NCBI GenBank assembly: GCA_964016885.1
Contig: OZ024753.1
Span: 28,272,001 to 28,336,000 of the forward strand
DNA: 64,000 nt
Origin: Eledone cirrhosa
Taxonomy: Eukaryota
Reading direction: 5' to 3'
Shown here: in pieces, positions 62,925-64,000 of the stretch
Layout: each line of letters opens with the position of its first letter
How positions within the stretch are numbered: the stretch's first letter is position 1
Notes under the pieces: generated by a model
The model's input: only the letters and a program-made list of their open reading frames with translations
The model's database searches: none
What the model was told of the DNA's origin: nothing
Made by a program: the position numbers and the translations under genes

Positions 62925-64000
62925 ATGGGAATATATAGAAAGTCACAGTTATCTACGAGAATCTATAGAAAGATAGTTATCTATGAGAATATATAGAAAG
63001 TCACATAGTATAGGGAATATAGAAAGGTACATAGTATAGGGAGTATATAGAAAGACAGTTATCCATGAGAATATATAGAAAGTGTATAGAAAAGTACATA
63101 GTATAGGGAATATACAGTATAAGGAATATATAGAGAGGTACATAGTATAGGGAATATATAGAAAAGTACATAGTATAGGGAATATATAGAAAGGTACATA
63201 GTATAGTGAATATATAGAAAGGTACATAGTATAGTGAATATTTAGAAAGGTACATAGTATAGGGATTATATAGAAAGGTACATAGTATAGGGAATATATA
63301 GAAAGGTACATAGTATAGGGAATATATAGAGAGGTACATAGTATAGGGAATATATAGAGAGGTACATAGTATAGGGATTATATAGAAGGTACATAGTATA
63401 GGGAATATATAGAGAGGTACATAGTATAGGGAATATATAGAGAGGTACATAGTATAGGGAATATATAGAGAGGTACATAGTATAGTGAATATATAGAGAG
63501 GTACATAGTATAGGGAATATATAGAGTGGTACATAGTATAGGGAATATATAGAGAGGTACATAGTATAGTGAATATATAGAGAGGTACATAGTATAGGGA
63601 ATATATAGAGAGGTACATAGTATAGGAAATATATAGACAGGTACATAGTGTAGGGATTATATAGAAGGTACATAGTATAGGGATTATATAGAGAGGTACA
63701 TAATATAGGAAATAAAAAGAGAGGTACATAGTATAGGGAATATATAGAGAGGTATATAGTATAGGGAATATATAGACAGGTACATAGTGTAGGGATTATA
63801 TAGAAGGTACATAGTATAGGGAATATATAGAGAGGTACATAGTATAAGGAATATATAGAGAGGTACATAGTATAGGGATTATATAGAAAGGTACATAGTA
63901 ATGGGATTATATAGAGAGGTACATAGTATAGGGAATATATAGAGAGGTACATAGTATAAGGAATATATAGAGAGGTACATAGTATAGGGATTATATAGAA
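62925..64000. repeat. 28-bp minisatellite (continues beyond window)
   Basis: Unit AATATATAGAGAGGTACATAGTATAGGG with 26-bp variants. GGTAC falls at 63305, 63333 and 63361. Confidence 0.97.

Overview
AT-rich, microsatellite-rich animal genomic DNA. The repeat inventory suggests an octopod cephalopod (inference only). No host gene can be called with confidence; there is only a speculative chain of short phase-compatible minus-strand exons. The window is a dense retroelement landscape. It holds an intact 1022-aa RTE-clade LINE (20468-23536) with a PHD finger inserted in its RT C-terminal region, plus a disabled inverted copy at 1-2402. Also present are fragments of several other RTE and CRE families, CORE-type and Meta-type tRNA SINEs, Penelope-like ends, and hAT, mariner, Tigger and piggyBac fossils or MITEs. 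The most interesting signals are RNA structures in these elements. (1) A twister-ribozyme 3' cleavage product marks the exact 5' end of an RTE inserted with twin-priming inversion geometry (55051-56980). (2) Several families of minimal hammerhead ribozymes occur, and repeated fold-back palindromes are centred on, or end in, hammerhead halves. (3) A covarying ~48-nt pseudoknot module is shared by the LINE 5'UTR, SINE bodies and the 3'UTR of a second LINE family, and is tandemly amplified at one locus. All calls come from reading the sequence by eye; no searches or folding programs were run.
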